Of a stretch of DNA of 64,000 nucleotides, positions 51,198 to 60,026 are shown piece after piece. The DNA is from a virus. The stretch spans positions 75,611 to 139,610 of IMG/VR virus record IMGVR_UViG_3300033512_000218. The stretch is one strand, 5' to 3'. The notes under the pieces are model-generated. The model saw only the letters and a program-made list of their open reading frames with translations. It was not told the DNA's origin and did no database searches. A program made the position numbers and the translations under genes. The stretch's first letter is position 1, and each line of letters starts with the position of its first letter.

Positions 51198-51413
51198 TTA
51201 TTTTCTGTTATATCCTTTTTTATTTCCAAATGAAATAAAAATCCCAATTATTATTAAAATTACTATTCCTAATACTAATCCACCCCATAATGGAGATGTT
51301 ACCCACCACCAAGACCAGTTAATTACACCAACTAATTTTAAAACAATAAAGGCAATAGTAAGTAATCCTATAAATCCTATTCCTGTATTTGTACTTGTAT
51401 TTTGTTTTTCCAT
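51198..51413 (-). CDS. Small membrane protein
   Basis: FIVLKLVGVINWSWWWV.SPLW. Confidence 0.75.
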   Translation of the reverse strand: MEKQNTSTNTGIGFIGLLTIAFIVLKLVGVINWSWWWVTSPLWGGLVLGIVILIIIGIFISFGNKKGYNRK

Positions 51414-51641
51414 TTTAATTTTTTTGTTTATTTTATAAATTAAATAATAAATTCCGTATTATTTGTTTGATGTTGTTTTAGTTCTGCTATAATGTCCAAA
51501 ATATCAATTTTATCAATACAATGAATACTTTCCTGACTATTCATTATCATTAAATTTTGAAGTAGTTTTATTTGTTCTTGATAAAATAATTGTTGGATTA
51601 AATTATATAATTCCTTTTTATTTTTGGTATTTTGTATTATA

Positions 51642-51835
51642 TCATTCAACATAACACCAACCTTCTTCATCAACAGTTATTTTACATTTGCAATTTATAC
51701 CTCGAACTCCCCATCTAATTTAATTTTATGTGATTTATTACCGTTATGAAAAATTATTTCTACATAATATGCATATCATAATCCATCATATTCGTTTGGT
51801 ATAATCATTGGATGTTTTTCTATACTTTTTGCCAT
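51642..51835 (-). pseudogene. Small disrupted gene
   Basis: In-frame TGA at 51778-51776 (YDGL*YAY) and frameshift before GVRGINC. Confidence 0.5.
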
Positions 51836-52022
51836 AATTTAATTAATTTTATATTTATAAACATATTTGATTAAATAGAGATTTAGTCAATATTTCAATT
51901 TCCATATTTAATTAGTGTTTGCTTTATTATCAATACAGTTAATATCGTAATCCTCGTGTGGTCCTATTAAAATTAGATACACAAGTAAATCTATATAACC
52001 ATTACCATTTTGGTTATTATCA

Positions 52023-52478
52023 TTATTTTTTTTCATTTACTAAAATTTTTATATATGTGTTATAATCAATTTTTTCTTTATAATAACGTATATCATTTTT
52101 TTGAGTTAATGAATTAGATTTAATTCTGCTATATAGAATATCAAGTATTCTACATTTTTCTTTTATATCAACAGTATAATCTTTATAATGATATGTTTTC
52201 CACATATCTTTATTAAATTCAGCTACAATATTAAATCCTCGTTTTATTGCTTCTTGTTTTAATAAATCAAAACGATTATGCAAATATAAACCTTTATTCA
52301 TAAAAAAAGTAACATGTCCTTTTCCTAAAGTAAATTGTTTAGGGATTTCAGGGATACCTGTTTTACTATTTAATGATACATTATAAGAACCACATAGTTG
52401 ATTTATTTCCTTTATTTCAGCTATTAAATGGTTATCCGATAGATTTACTGGTTCTATCCAACTGTTTATTCTGGTCAT
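52023..52478 (-). CDS. denV: Pyrimidine dimer DNA glycosylase / endonuclease V
   Basis: MTRIN, L.D.HLIAE..E, FTLGKGHVTFF, RGF. Confidence 0.92.
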   Translation of the reverse strand: MTRINSWIEPVNLSDNHLIAEIKEINQLCGSYNVSLNSKTGIPEIPKQFTLGKGHVTFFMNKGLYLHNRFDLLKQEAIKRGFNIVAEFNKDMWKTYHYKDYTVDIKEKCRILDILYSRIKSNSLTQKNDIRYYKEKIDYNTYIKILVNEKK

Positions 52479-52480
52479 AA

Positions 52481-52990
52481 TTAATATAATTTATTTGTTT
52501 TTAAAAAATAATTTATTTTTTCAGTATTTTCAATTATTATCTTTTTTAATATTTCTAAATCATTATTATATTTATCAATATAAATATTTGTTTCATTTAT
52601 TTTATTGATAAAATAATCATTATTTATATTAAATTTAGATTTTAGAAAATCAGATAAATTAATATAATGAACTTCTTTAGTATGATATTTAAAATCTCCT
52701 TTAAGTATATCATTATATATAGTATATCTATTATTATCAATCATAAAATAATAAGTAATATATTGTATAGAATGAGTTGAACTAAATGTTTTTTCAACAT
52801 ATATAACTTTATTTATTGGATTATTTTTATTATAATTGTTATTAAATCGTGTTAATCCTTTAAATGCTAATTTTCTTAATCTTTTTTTTGTTTTATTATT
52901 AAGATTACTGAAATAGACATTTATAATTCCTATTTCATTATATAAATAATATTTTTTTGCAAATTTCTTTGCTAATGATAATGTATCCAT
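52481..52990 (-). CDS. Hypothetical protein
   Basis: 169 aa after promoter copy 11. Confidence 0.7.
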   Translation of the reverse strand: MDTLSLAKKFAKKYYLYNEIGIINVYFSNLNNKTKKRLRKLAFKGLTRFNNNYNKNNPINKVIYVEKTFSSTHSIQYITYYFMIDNNRYTIYNDILKGDFKYHTKEVHYINLSDFLKSKFNINNDYFINKINETNIYIDKYNNDLEILKKIIIENTEKINYFLKTNKLY

Positions 52991-53014
52991 TACTTTTAAT
53001 TTTTATATTATGAT

Positions 53015-53072
53015 ACAAAGATAAAACATTTATTAACAAATTACAAATTTAATTATGTTAATAAATGTTAAA
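53015..53072 (-). promoter_or_regulatory. Repeated early promoter cassette (copy 11, with internal inverted operator copy)
   Basis: Reverse complement; IR AACATTTATTAACA/TGTTAATAAATGTT. Confidence 0.85.
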
Positions 53073-53075
53073 AAA

Positions 53076-53393
53076 TTAATATAAGTCCTCACTATAAAGT
53101 TTATTTCCAAAATTAAGTTTATTGTATGGACTTTCATTTAAGAATATTTTAGCTCCTTCAAATCTATCAACGAATCTATTTTTATTAGTTAAAAATCCTT
53201 GTATATCTTCACCTACTTCACATTGTCTTAATCCAGTCATTGCAACCATTTGATATATACATTGATGATGTCTATGACCACAAAAAACAATGCCTTTATC
53301 ACAATTTATAGGTCTCATTAAACCAATGTCCCAATCTTCTTTTTTAAGTGATAAATCTTTAAACCATACAGCACTACATATTATTTTTTCCAT
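53076..53393 (-). CDS. Phage hypothetical protein
   Basis: IICSAVW, CGHRH, QGFLT..NRFVDR, LYSEDLY. Confidence 0.75.
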   Translation of the reverse strand: MEKIICSAVWFKDLSLKKEDWDIGLMRPINCDKGIVFCGHRHHQCIYQMVAMTGLRQCEVGEDIQGFLTNKNRFVDRFEGAKIFLNESPYNKLNFGNKLYSEDLY

Positions 53394-53447
53394 AAATTCT
53401 ATTTTTTTTTAAAATTATATATCACTTTCATATAATCTATTTTCTAA

Positions 53448-53840
53448 TTACACAATTCTATTTTTTAAATCAATGATTTCGTCAATCAAGTTATCATTTT
53501 CAAATGAAATAGTATCATTATCATTTTCTAACTTAGTTATTTTATCGTTTAAGTTATCTATATCATTTTTCAAATCATTATTTTCATCTTCTAAATTTTC
53601 AATTTGTCTATACGCTTCTTTTCTAATTTCTTCATTTGTTTTACGAACATTTTCAAAATAATACTCAAATTCATTATAGATATAATCAACATAATTTTCA
53701 ATAAAATCTTCTTTTTGTTTATCTATCAAAAGAGGACAACATTCATCAATCATAGATGATAAATTATCTGTTATTATAGATTTAAACTCGGATATGTTTT
53801 TATTAATATTAGGACAAGTATATGAATAATCAAATCCCAT
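53448..53840 (-). CDS. Hypothetical coiled-coil protein
   Basis: YTCP.I...ENVRKTNEEIR. Confidence 0.7.
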   Translation of the reverse strand: MGFDYSYTCPNINKNISEFKSIITDNLSSMIDECCPLLIDKQKEDFIENYVDYIYNEFEYYFENVRKTNEEIRKEAYRQIENLEDENNDLKNDIDNLNDKITKLENDNDTISFENDNLIDEIIDLKNRIV

Positions 53841-53842
53841 AA

Positions 53843-54187
53843 TTATATTTTAATGAATTTGCTGGATATAATATCTCGACATTGTTTAAAAGCTATTTTT
53901 ATATCAGTTGAAATTTCTGATATATTTAATTTTAATGCAATTTTCATTAACCAGTTCCAATCATTTTCAAAATCAATAAACTGGTTAAAATGAGTATTAT
54001 CTAATCTAATAAACTCATAACTATCAATTTTTACAAAATAATCACCTACCTTATCCATTCCAACTCTATCCATCCATTTTTCATTTTCAAATTGAAATAT
54101 TGTTTCATCGATTGTATCGAATATACCAACTGTAACAAATTGGTACCCTAATAATTTCATAAATCTTTTAATTTCTGAATTTTTCAT
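53843..54187 (-). CDS. Hypothetical protein
   Basis: DWNWLM motif. Confidence 0.65.
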   Translation of the reverse strand: MKNSEIKRFMKLLGYQFVTVGIFDTIDETIFQFENEKWMDRVGMDKVGDYFVKIDSYEFIRLDNTHFNQFIDFENDWNWLMKIALKLNISEISTDIKIAFKQCRDIISSKFIKI

Positions 54188-54188
54188 C

Positions 54189-54386
54189 CTATTTAGTTTT
54201 TAATAGTTCATTTAATATTAATTGAGTTTCTTCTATTTCAATAATTTGTTGTTTATAATCATTAATTAATGATTTATATTCTTTAACTTCCCATACTTCC
54301 AATTCATTGTTTTTTAATACATTTTCACAATAAATAATTTTTGATTGAATTTCTTCTTTTGTTGTACCTTGATAAGTTGTATTCAT
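54189..54386 (-). CDS. Hypothetical protein
   Basis: 65 aa after promoter copy 12. Confidence 0.6.
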   Translation of the reverse strand: MNTTYQGTTKEEIQSKIIYCENVLKNNELEVWEVKEYKSLINDYKQQIIEIEETQLILNELLKTK

Positions 54387-54410
54387 TGTTTTTGATTTTT
54401 AAATTATACC

Positions 54411-54467
54411 ACAAAGATAATATAAATAAAGTAAAAATACAAATTTAATTATGTTAATAAATGTTAA
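54411..54467 (-). promoter_or_regulatory. Repeated early promoter cassette (copy 12)
   Basis: Reverse complement of cassette. Confidence 0.85.
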
Positions 54468-54469
54468 TT

Positions 54470-54510
54470 GTATTTATATAAAAGATTAAAAAATATTTTT
54501 TAGTATTTAT
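54470..54510 (+). promoter_or_regulatory. Two tandem putative late promoters GTATTTAT
   Basis: At 54470 and 54503, before ATG 54529. Confidence 0.7.
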
Positions 54511-54528
54511 ATAAAAATAAAATATAAT

Positions 54529-56484
54529 ATGACAAAAGAATTTAAACAAATAAAAAGTATTATTGATAAAGGAAGAATAACAGAAAATAATTTTTTATCA
54601 AGTAATCCAAATTTATCATTATTAAATGAAATAATGTATTCATCTGATACTAATATTCAAGATGAAGATGAATTATCTGAAATGGTTAATTTTATTTCTA
54701 CAATACAAAATGAATTAGAAAAAACATCAAATGATTCAATAATTAAACCATATCAGTATCTTACATTAAAAAGTGCAATTAATGCTCATATTCCAAGTAG
54801 TTCATTATTTTCATTAGATGTATTAAGTAGAGGACAAATAGTTAATTTATATAATAGTTTAGTTGAAAAAATTAAATCTATGGGATTATATCAATTATTT
54901 GCTAAACAAACACCTGTTCCAGTTGAAATACAAAATAATACTCAACTAACAGAAAGTAAATTACAAGACGATTATAATGACTATTTTAATACTATAATGA
55001 AATTAAAAGGTATTAAAAAAATTGAAAATTTAAAAGATAAAGAAAAATCTGATTTTTTTACATTGGTTGGTAAATATTGGAAAGAAGGTGAAGGTGCTAA
55101 AGCTGGTTGGGAAGATAAAATAAAAAAAGAGTTGAATATTAATGAAAATGTAAACAATGATTATTTAATTGGAACAGATGAAGATATTAAAAAATTAGTT
55201 GAAACATCATTTAAAAAAATAAATATACAGGATTTAACAGAAGTTGTAACTATACCCATAAGAGTAGGTAAAAATGGAGCTACATATAACTATTATATTG
55301 GATATATTAGAGACGAAAAACTATTTGTGATAGGTTCAGGATTTTTATCACACGAAACTTTATACAATAAACATTATAAAACAGATGATAGATTTACAGA
55401 AACAAAAAATATTAATAAGGCAAAGGAAACATTATTTAATAAAATAAAAAAACAACTTGATTTTATAAAAAATAAAACAAAAAAAGAAAATAATGTAAAT
55501 GAAAATAGCAACGAATGGGTTCCATTTGAATCAATTTATCCAGTTCACAAATTTAAAAAAGGACAAAAAGTTTTAACTAAAGATAATAATATTGAAACTG
55601 TTTTAAGAATTAATAGTAATGGAAATATCGAAACAGAAGAAAATGATTATAGTTGTAATCCTAATACATTAAAAATTAATAAAAAAGATGTTAAAGTTCA
55701 AATAAAAGAAAATATAATAATAAAACCATATATTAATAAAAAGGGTATCGAGGACGGACTATCAATATCATATAATAGTGATATATATAAAATTGTTTAT
55801 GATGCAGATTATAATAGAATATACGGAATAGTATTTCCAAATGATAATATAATAAAAAATATTACAAAGGATAAAGATGCTAAAAAAATGTATAAAATAT
55901 TTGAACCTACAATAAATGATTATATACAAAAGAATAAACTTAAATTAGAAAATATAACAATAAAACAAAAACAATTATTGGAATCTTACATTGAGAAACA
56001 AGTAAGAAAATATTTAAATGAATCCAAAAATATAAATGTATTTGATAATATACATTCTCTTTCCATGACATACCCAAAAATCTATAACGAAATGACTCGT
56101 GATATGATAAATGGATTAACAAAATGGTTTAATGAAAATGGACAACTAAAAATATCAGGTAATGATATAATATTCATCGCTTCAAATAAAATAGTTGATA
56201 AAAAACTATATAATAAATGGCAAAAAGCAATTGATGATATGATAAAAAATACAAATGATATATTCAATAATTCAATGAATGAATCAGTAACATATCAAAT
56301 TTCAATAACAATAGATAAAAAAAATAAATCTACAGTAGAAAAAATATTAAATGATAATATTGGTTGGGATGAATATGATGAACAAGAACGTTTTGATAAT
56401 ATAATATATAGTTTAACAAAAAAAGATTTTAAAAAAGTAGAAAAATTAATTACTAATTATATTGAAGATAAAGAAACAATATAA
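54529..56484 (+). CDS. Modular protein, probable protease-processed internal head protein
   Basis: Many [LIVM]xE sites between short modules; internal KQKQLLESYIEKQVRKYLNE. Confidence 0.6.
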   Translation: MTKEFKQIKSIIDKGRITENNFLSSNPNLSLLNEIMYSSDTNIQDEDELSEMVNFISTIQNELEKTSNDSIIKPYQYLTLKSAINAHIPSSSLFSLDVLSRGQIVNLYNSLVEKIKSMGLYQLFAKQTPVPVEIQNNTQLTESKLQDDYNDYFNTIMKLKGIKKIENLKDKEKSDFFTLVGKYWKEGEGAKAGWEDKIKKELNINENVNNDYLIGTDEDIKKLVETSFKKINIQDLTEVVTIPIRVGKNGATYNYYIGYIRDEKLFVIGSGFLSHETLYNKHYKTDDRFTETKNINKAKETLFNKIKKQLDFIKNKTKKENNVNENSNEWVPFESIYPVHKFKKGQKVLTKDNNIETVLRINSNGNIETEENDYSCNPNTLKINKKDVKVQIKENIIIKPYINKKGIEDGLSISYNSDIYKIVYDADYNRIYGIVFPNDNIIKNITKDKDAKKMYKIFEPTINDYIQKNKLKLENITIKQKQLLESYIEKQVRKYLNESKNINVFDNIHSLSMTYPKIYNEMTRDMINGLTKWFNENGQLKISGNDIIFIASNKIVDKKLYNKWQKAIDDMIKNTNDIFNNSMNESVTYQISITIDKKNKSTVEKILNDNIGWDEYDEQERFDNIIYSLTKKDFKKVEKLITNYIEDKETI

Positions 56485-56521
56485 TTTAAACTTATAAAAA
56501 TAACATAAAAAATATATAACA

Positions 56522-57007
56522 ATGACAAATTTCACAATTGATAAAAATGAAAGAATAGTTCATCCGGGAGATGAAATTATTATCGAAAACAAAGGAAAAA
56601 GATATTTAGCAACCTTTGTAGATATAGATGTAAATGAAGATATTATTGTAAAATTAAATGAAAGTAATAAGAAATATACATTAGATAAACATACTTCAAA
56701 AGAATATATTGTTTTAAACGAAACAAAAGAAAGTTTATATGATGATAGAAATTCGTCTAAAAACTTTTTTACTTCTATTGCAAATGATATAATGGGAGAA
56801 ACAATGCAACCTTTACAAAAAGATATTAACATAAATACATTAAATGATTATGGTTTATTATCTGAAAATAGTATAACTCGTGATGGTAAAAAAGAAGTTG
56901 AATTAAGACGATTAAATACATTATTACGTTCAGCAAAAATATTAGCTGATAAACATAATTTAAATAAAGTTTCAGTTAGTATAACAGAAAGTTTGAAATA
57001 TATTTAA
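56522..57007 (+). CDS. Hypothetical late protein
   Basis: 161 aa; LNE/LSE/ITE sites. Confidence 0.65.
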   Translation: MTNFTIDKNERIVHPGDEIIIENKGKRYLATFVDIDVNEDIIVKLNESNKKYTLDKHTSKEYIVLNETKESLYDDRNSSKNFFTSIANDIMGETMQPLQKDININTLNDYGLLSENSITRDGKKEVELRRLNTLLRSAKILADKHNLNKVSVSITESLKYI

Positions 57008-57063
57008 TCATAAATTTAGTGTATAAGTATAACAACTTATACACTTTAAAAAACAAATATAAT

Positions 57064-57582
57064 ATGAATATAAAACAAAAACAATTATTAGAATCATATA
57101 TAGAAAAACAGGTAAAAAAAATATTAACTGAAGAAACAGTTGATTCTAAAATAACTATATCAGATATAGAAGATAAATATAAAACTCAAAAATCTTTACA
57201 TAAAGAATTACAAAAAGAATATGATAAATTTATGGAATATTATAATTCCAAATATTATGATATATTTTATGAAACAAGTAGACTATCGAAGGATTATGAA
57301 TCTAATTTAATTAGTAATATATCAAAACATCTAATTAATATAGATAATCTTCCTAAACCAAATTCAAATGAGATTTATATGTATAAAAAGAAATATAAAT
57401 TATCATTTCTTAATAATATAAAAAATGAAGGACTTAACTATATGATTAGAAATGAACAAACTTTAGAATCTATTGAAGGATATATACCTAATAATTTAAC
57501 CGTTGATAAAGCAACAAAATTTTTAATTGATAAAATTAAAGAATTTGAGAAAAAATATAAAAGTAGTAAATTAGTTAAATAA
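57064..57582 (+). CDS. Hypothetical protein with repeated leader
   Basis: Start moved to ATG 57064 by leader homology. Confidence 0.7.
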   Translation: MNIKQKQLLESYIEKQVKKILTEETVDSKITISDIEDKYKTQKSLHKELQKEYDKFMEYYNSKYYDIFYETSRLSKDYESNLISNISKHLINIDNLPKPNSNEIYMYKKKYKLSFLNNIKNEGLNYMIRNEQTLESIEGYIPNNLTVDKATKFLIDKIKEFEKKYKSSKLVK

Positions 57583-57594
57583 AAATTATTTCAA

Positions 57595-58020
57595 ATGAAA
57601 AATCCACTATATTTTAAATATAATAAAAAGGAACTTGAACAATTATTAGAAGAAATAGATGATAATAATTCAAAACCTAAATTACTTAAAGATAATATTC
57701 AACAAGTTAAATCCATTACAACGTATGGTAAAAAACTAAATAATATTGAAATAGATGAATCTTTACAAGAAATTGTTAAAATTGTAAATTTAGCCCAAAA
57801 AATAATAATCGAACAACAAAAAGATGAATGGGATAAAATTACAGTTAAAAAAGATATAAAACAATTAGAAGAAAGTAAAAAAATGTTTCAAAATTCAGTT
57901 GTAGAATTTAAAACATTACAACAAAGACTAATTGGTACATATGAAGATATTATTTTTAAACTTAATAGATATTTTAAATTTAATACTGAACCAACTAATA
58001 ACGATATAGAAAATGAATAA
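57595..58020 (+). CDS. Hypothetical late protein
   Basis: WDKITV...QQRL...YEDI...LNRYF. Confidence 0.7.
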   Translation: MKNPLYFKYNKKELEQLLEEIDDNNSKPKLLKDNIQQVKSITTYGKKLNNIEIDESLQEIVKIVNLAQKIIIEQQKDEWDKITVKKDIKQLEESKKMFQNSVVEFKTLQQRLIGTYEDIIFKLNRYFKFNTEPTNNDIENE

Positions 58021-58432
58021 AATACAATTAGAATCAATCATAACAACTATAATTAAAAATGTTATATCTGAATCTATTGACAAAAATGAATTAAATTATG
58101 ATGTTATAAAAAAATCATTTAGACGAATTAATATATCTGATATTAAAAAAGATGATTTATTTTATAATAGTGAATCAGAATCAAGAGCAAGTAGAAAAGG
58201 TTCAACATCTCAATTTACATTACCTGGTAGAGATATTTATATAGTTATAAAAGTAAATGATAAATCAATTTTATGCAAAAGTTTATCTAAAAATGAAATA
58301 TTTAATGTATCAAAATTAAAATGGGATAGTTATAAATATGATAATGAAAATCAATATTTTTTTGTCAGCAAAATAAATGATTCATTTATAAAACAACAAA
58401 TATTAGATTGGTTCGAGAAAAATAACAAATAA
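58013..58432 (+). CDS. Hypothetical protein with ..ISE leader
   Basis: MNKIQLESIITTIIKNVISE. Confidence 0.65.
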   Translation: MNKIQLESIITTIIKNVISESIDKNELNYDVIKKSFRRINISDIKKDDLFYNSESESRASRKGSTSQFTLPGRDIYIVIKVNDKSILCKSLSKNEIFNVSKLKWDSYKYDNENQYFFVSKINDSFIKQQILDWFEKNNK

Positions 58433-58454
58433 ATTAACTTAAAAATAATATAAA

Positions 58455-58943
58455 ATGGCAACAATATTAGAAACAAACGAAATGATGTTTACAGCATTTG
58501 AACCTAAACAAAAATTTCGTTATATAATGGAAATAGAAGGTATTCCAACATATTTAATAAAATCATCTAAACGTCCTTCTTATGAAAGTAACGAAGTAAC
58601 AATACCTCATATCAATACCGAATTTTTTGTAAAAGGAAAATCTCATTGGGGAGAAATAAATGCTTCTCTTTTAGACCCTATTACTCCGTCAGGTTCTCAA
58701 ATAGTAATTAACTGGGTACGTGCCCATCATGAATCAGTTACAGGTAGAGATGGTTATGCAGACTTCTACAAAAAAGATATTACTCTTAGTATGTTAGGTC
58801 CTATCGGAGATGTTGTAGAAAATTGGACTTTAAAAGGAACTTGGTTAAAATCTGTTGATTTTGGTGATTTAGCGTGGGATTCAGAAGAAATAACAGGTAT
58901 TGAATTAACTATGCGACCAGATTATTGTATATTAAATTATTAA
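58455..58943 (+). CDS. Tail tube protein (gp19-like)
   Basis: FEPKQKFR, DPITPSGSQ.V..W, TGRDGYADFYKKD, LGPIGDVVENWTLKG. Confidence 0.9.
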   Translation: MATILETNEMMFTAFEPKQKFRYIMEIEGIPTYLIKSSKRPSYESNEVTIPHINTEFFVKGKSHWGEINASLLDPITPSGSQIVINWVRAHHESVTGRDGYADFYKKDITLSMLGPIGDVVENWTLKGTWLKSVDFGDLAWDSEEITGIELTMRPDYCILNY

Positions 58944-58955
58944 AATATAAATACT

Positions 58956-59408
58956 ATGAATATAAAACAAAAACAATTATTAGAATCTTACATTGAAAAA
59001 CAAGTAAGAAAATATTTGAATGAAGAAAATTCAAATGAAAGACCTATTGATAAAGCAAATTGGACTTTAATTAAAAAATGGTGGAATACAGTTAATGATA
59101 ATGGATATGATGAATTTACAAAATTTGCACCTAAAGAATGGGATACAAATGAAGAAGTAATTAAAAATTATGGAGAAAATTCAGGAGTGGACCGTTTTAA
59201 ATCATTAATAGTTGGTAATACAAATGGTAACCATATGTTAGTAAATAAAAAATATTCAATGTTTGGATTACCATTAAATATTAATATTTTTGAATATTTA
59301 AATGCAAATGGGAGTGGATTTAATAAAGACAAAAACTTTAACAAGTATAAAAGATGGCAAGGTGCTATATATGATATTTATGAAGGAATAAAAAATAAAT
59401 TGAAATAA
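58956..59408 (+). CDS. Hypothetical protein with repeated leader
   Basis: MNIKQKQLLESYIEKQVRKYLNE. Confidence 0.7.
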   Translation: MNIKQKQLLESYIEKQVRKYLNEENSNERPIDKANWTLIKKWWNTVNDNGYDEFTKFAPKEWDTNEEVIKNYGENSGVDRFKSLIVGNTNGNHMLVNKKYSMFGLPLNINIFEYLNANGSGFNKDKNFNKYKRWQGAIYDIYEGIKNKLK

Positions 59409-59410
59409 TC

Positions 59411-59659
59411 ATGACATCAAAACAAAAACAACTATTGGAATCATATATTGAAAAACAAGTAAGAAAACATTTAAATGAAGGAAAAATATTTGATGATGAT
59501 GATATAAATTATATACGTAAAAAATTATTTGATATTTCAAAAGAAATAGCATCAATACGAAGTGGTTATTATGATACAGATTTTAAATATATTAAAGAAT
59601 TAGAAAAAGCAGAACAAATATTGGATGATATTAGAAGAAAATTAACTAAAGGTGTATAA
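59411..59659 (+). CDS. Hypothetical protein with repeated leader
   Basis: MTSKQKQLLESYIEKQVRKHLNE. Confidence 0.7.
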   Translation: MTSKQKQLLESYIEKQVRKHLNEGKIFDDDDINYIRKKLFDISKEIASIRSGYYDTDFKYIKELEKAEQILDDIRRKLTKGV

Positions 59660-59670
59660 AGCACATAATC

Positions 59671-59714
59671 AATCCTTTTAAATAAATTATTTAATTTATA
59701 TAAAAGGATTTTTT
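59671..59714 (+). terminator. Long hairpin (terminator or translational control) immediately before endonuclease start
   Basis: AATCCTTTTA...TAAAAGGATT followed by T-run. Confidence 0.6.
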
Positions 59715-60026
59715 AATGATACAATGCAAAATATGTAGTGAATCTTTTGATAATTATAATTATTTATCATCCCATTTAAGATTTAAACATCAAATAAATT
59801 CATTTAATTATAGTTTAAAGTATAACCATAATAATATAATACCTAAATGTTCATGTGGATGCAATAACGAAACAAAATGGGTAGGTTTAAAAGAAGGATT
59901 TAATAAATTTATAAAAGGACATGCTTCCAAATTTCAGTTAAAAAAATTACCTATATATAATAATATATGTACTATATGTGGTAATGAATTTAAAACAAAT
60001 GATAAAAAAAAGAATTATTGTAGTAA

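Larger units (their letters stand above)
55960..59479 (+). repeat. Four dispersed ~60-nt repeats encoding KQKQLLESYIEKQV(R/K)K.L(N/T)E
   Basis: At ~55960-56022, 57064-57132, 58956-59024, 59411-59479. Confidence 0.9.

Noticed and set aside
4039-51835. Genome-wide stop-codon reassignment (TAG=Gln, TGA=Trp/Gly)
   Set aside because: Internal stops are of all three types with inconsistent implied residues, all three codons also end normal genes, and long genes contain none.
2500-54467. Dispersed 60-bp repeats as a CRISPR array or integron attC sites
   Set aside because: They are not tandem with spacers, match Bacteroidota promoter boxes at fixed spacing, and no Cas1 or integrase is present.
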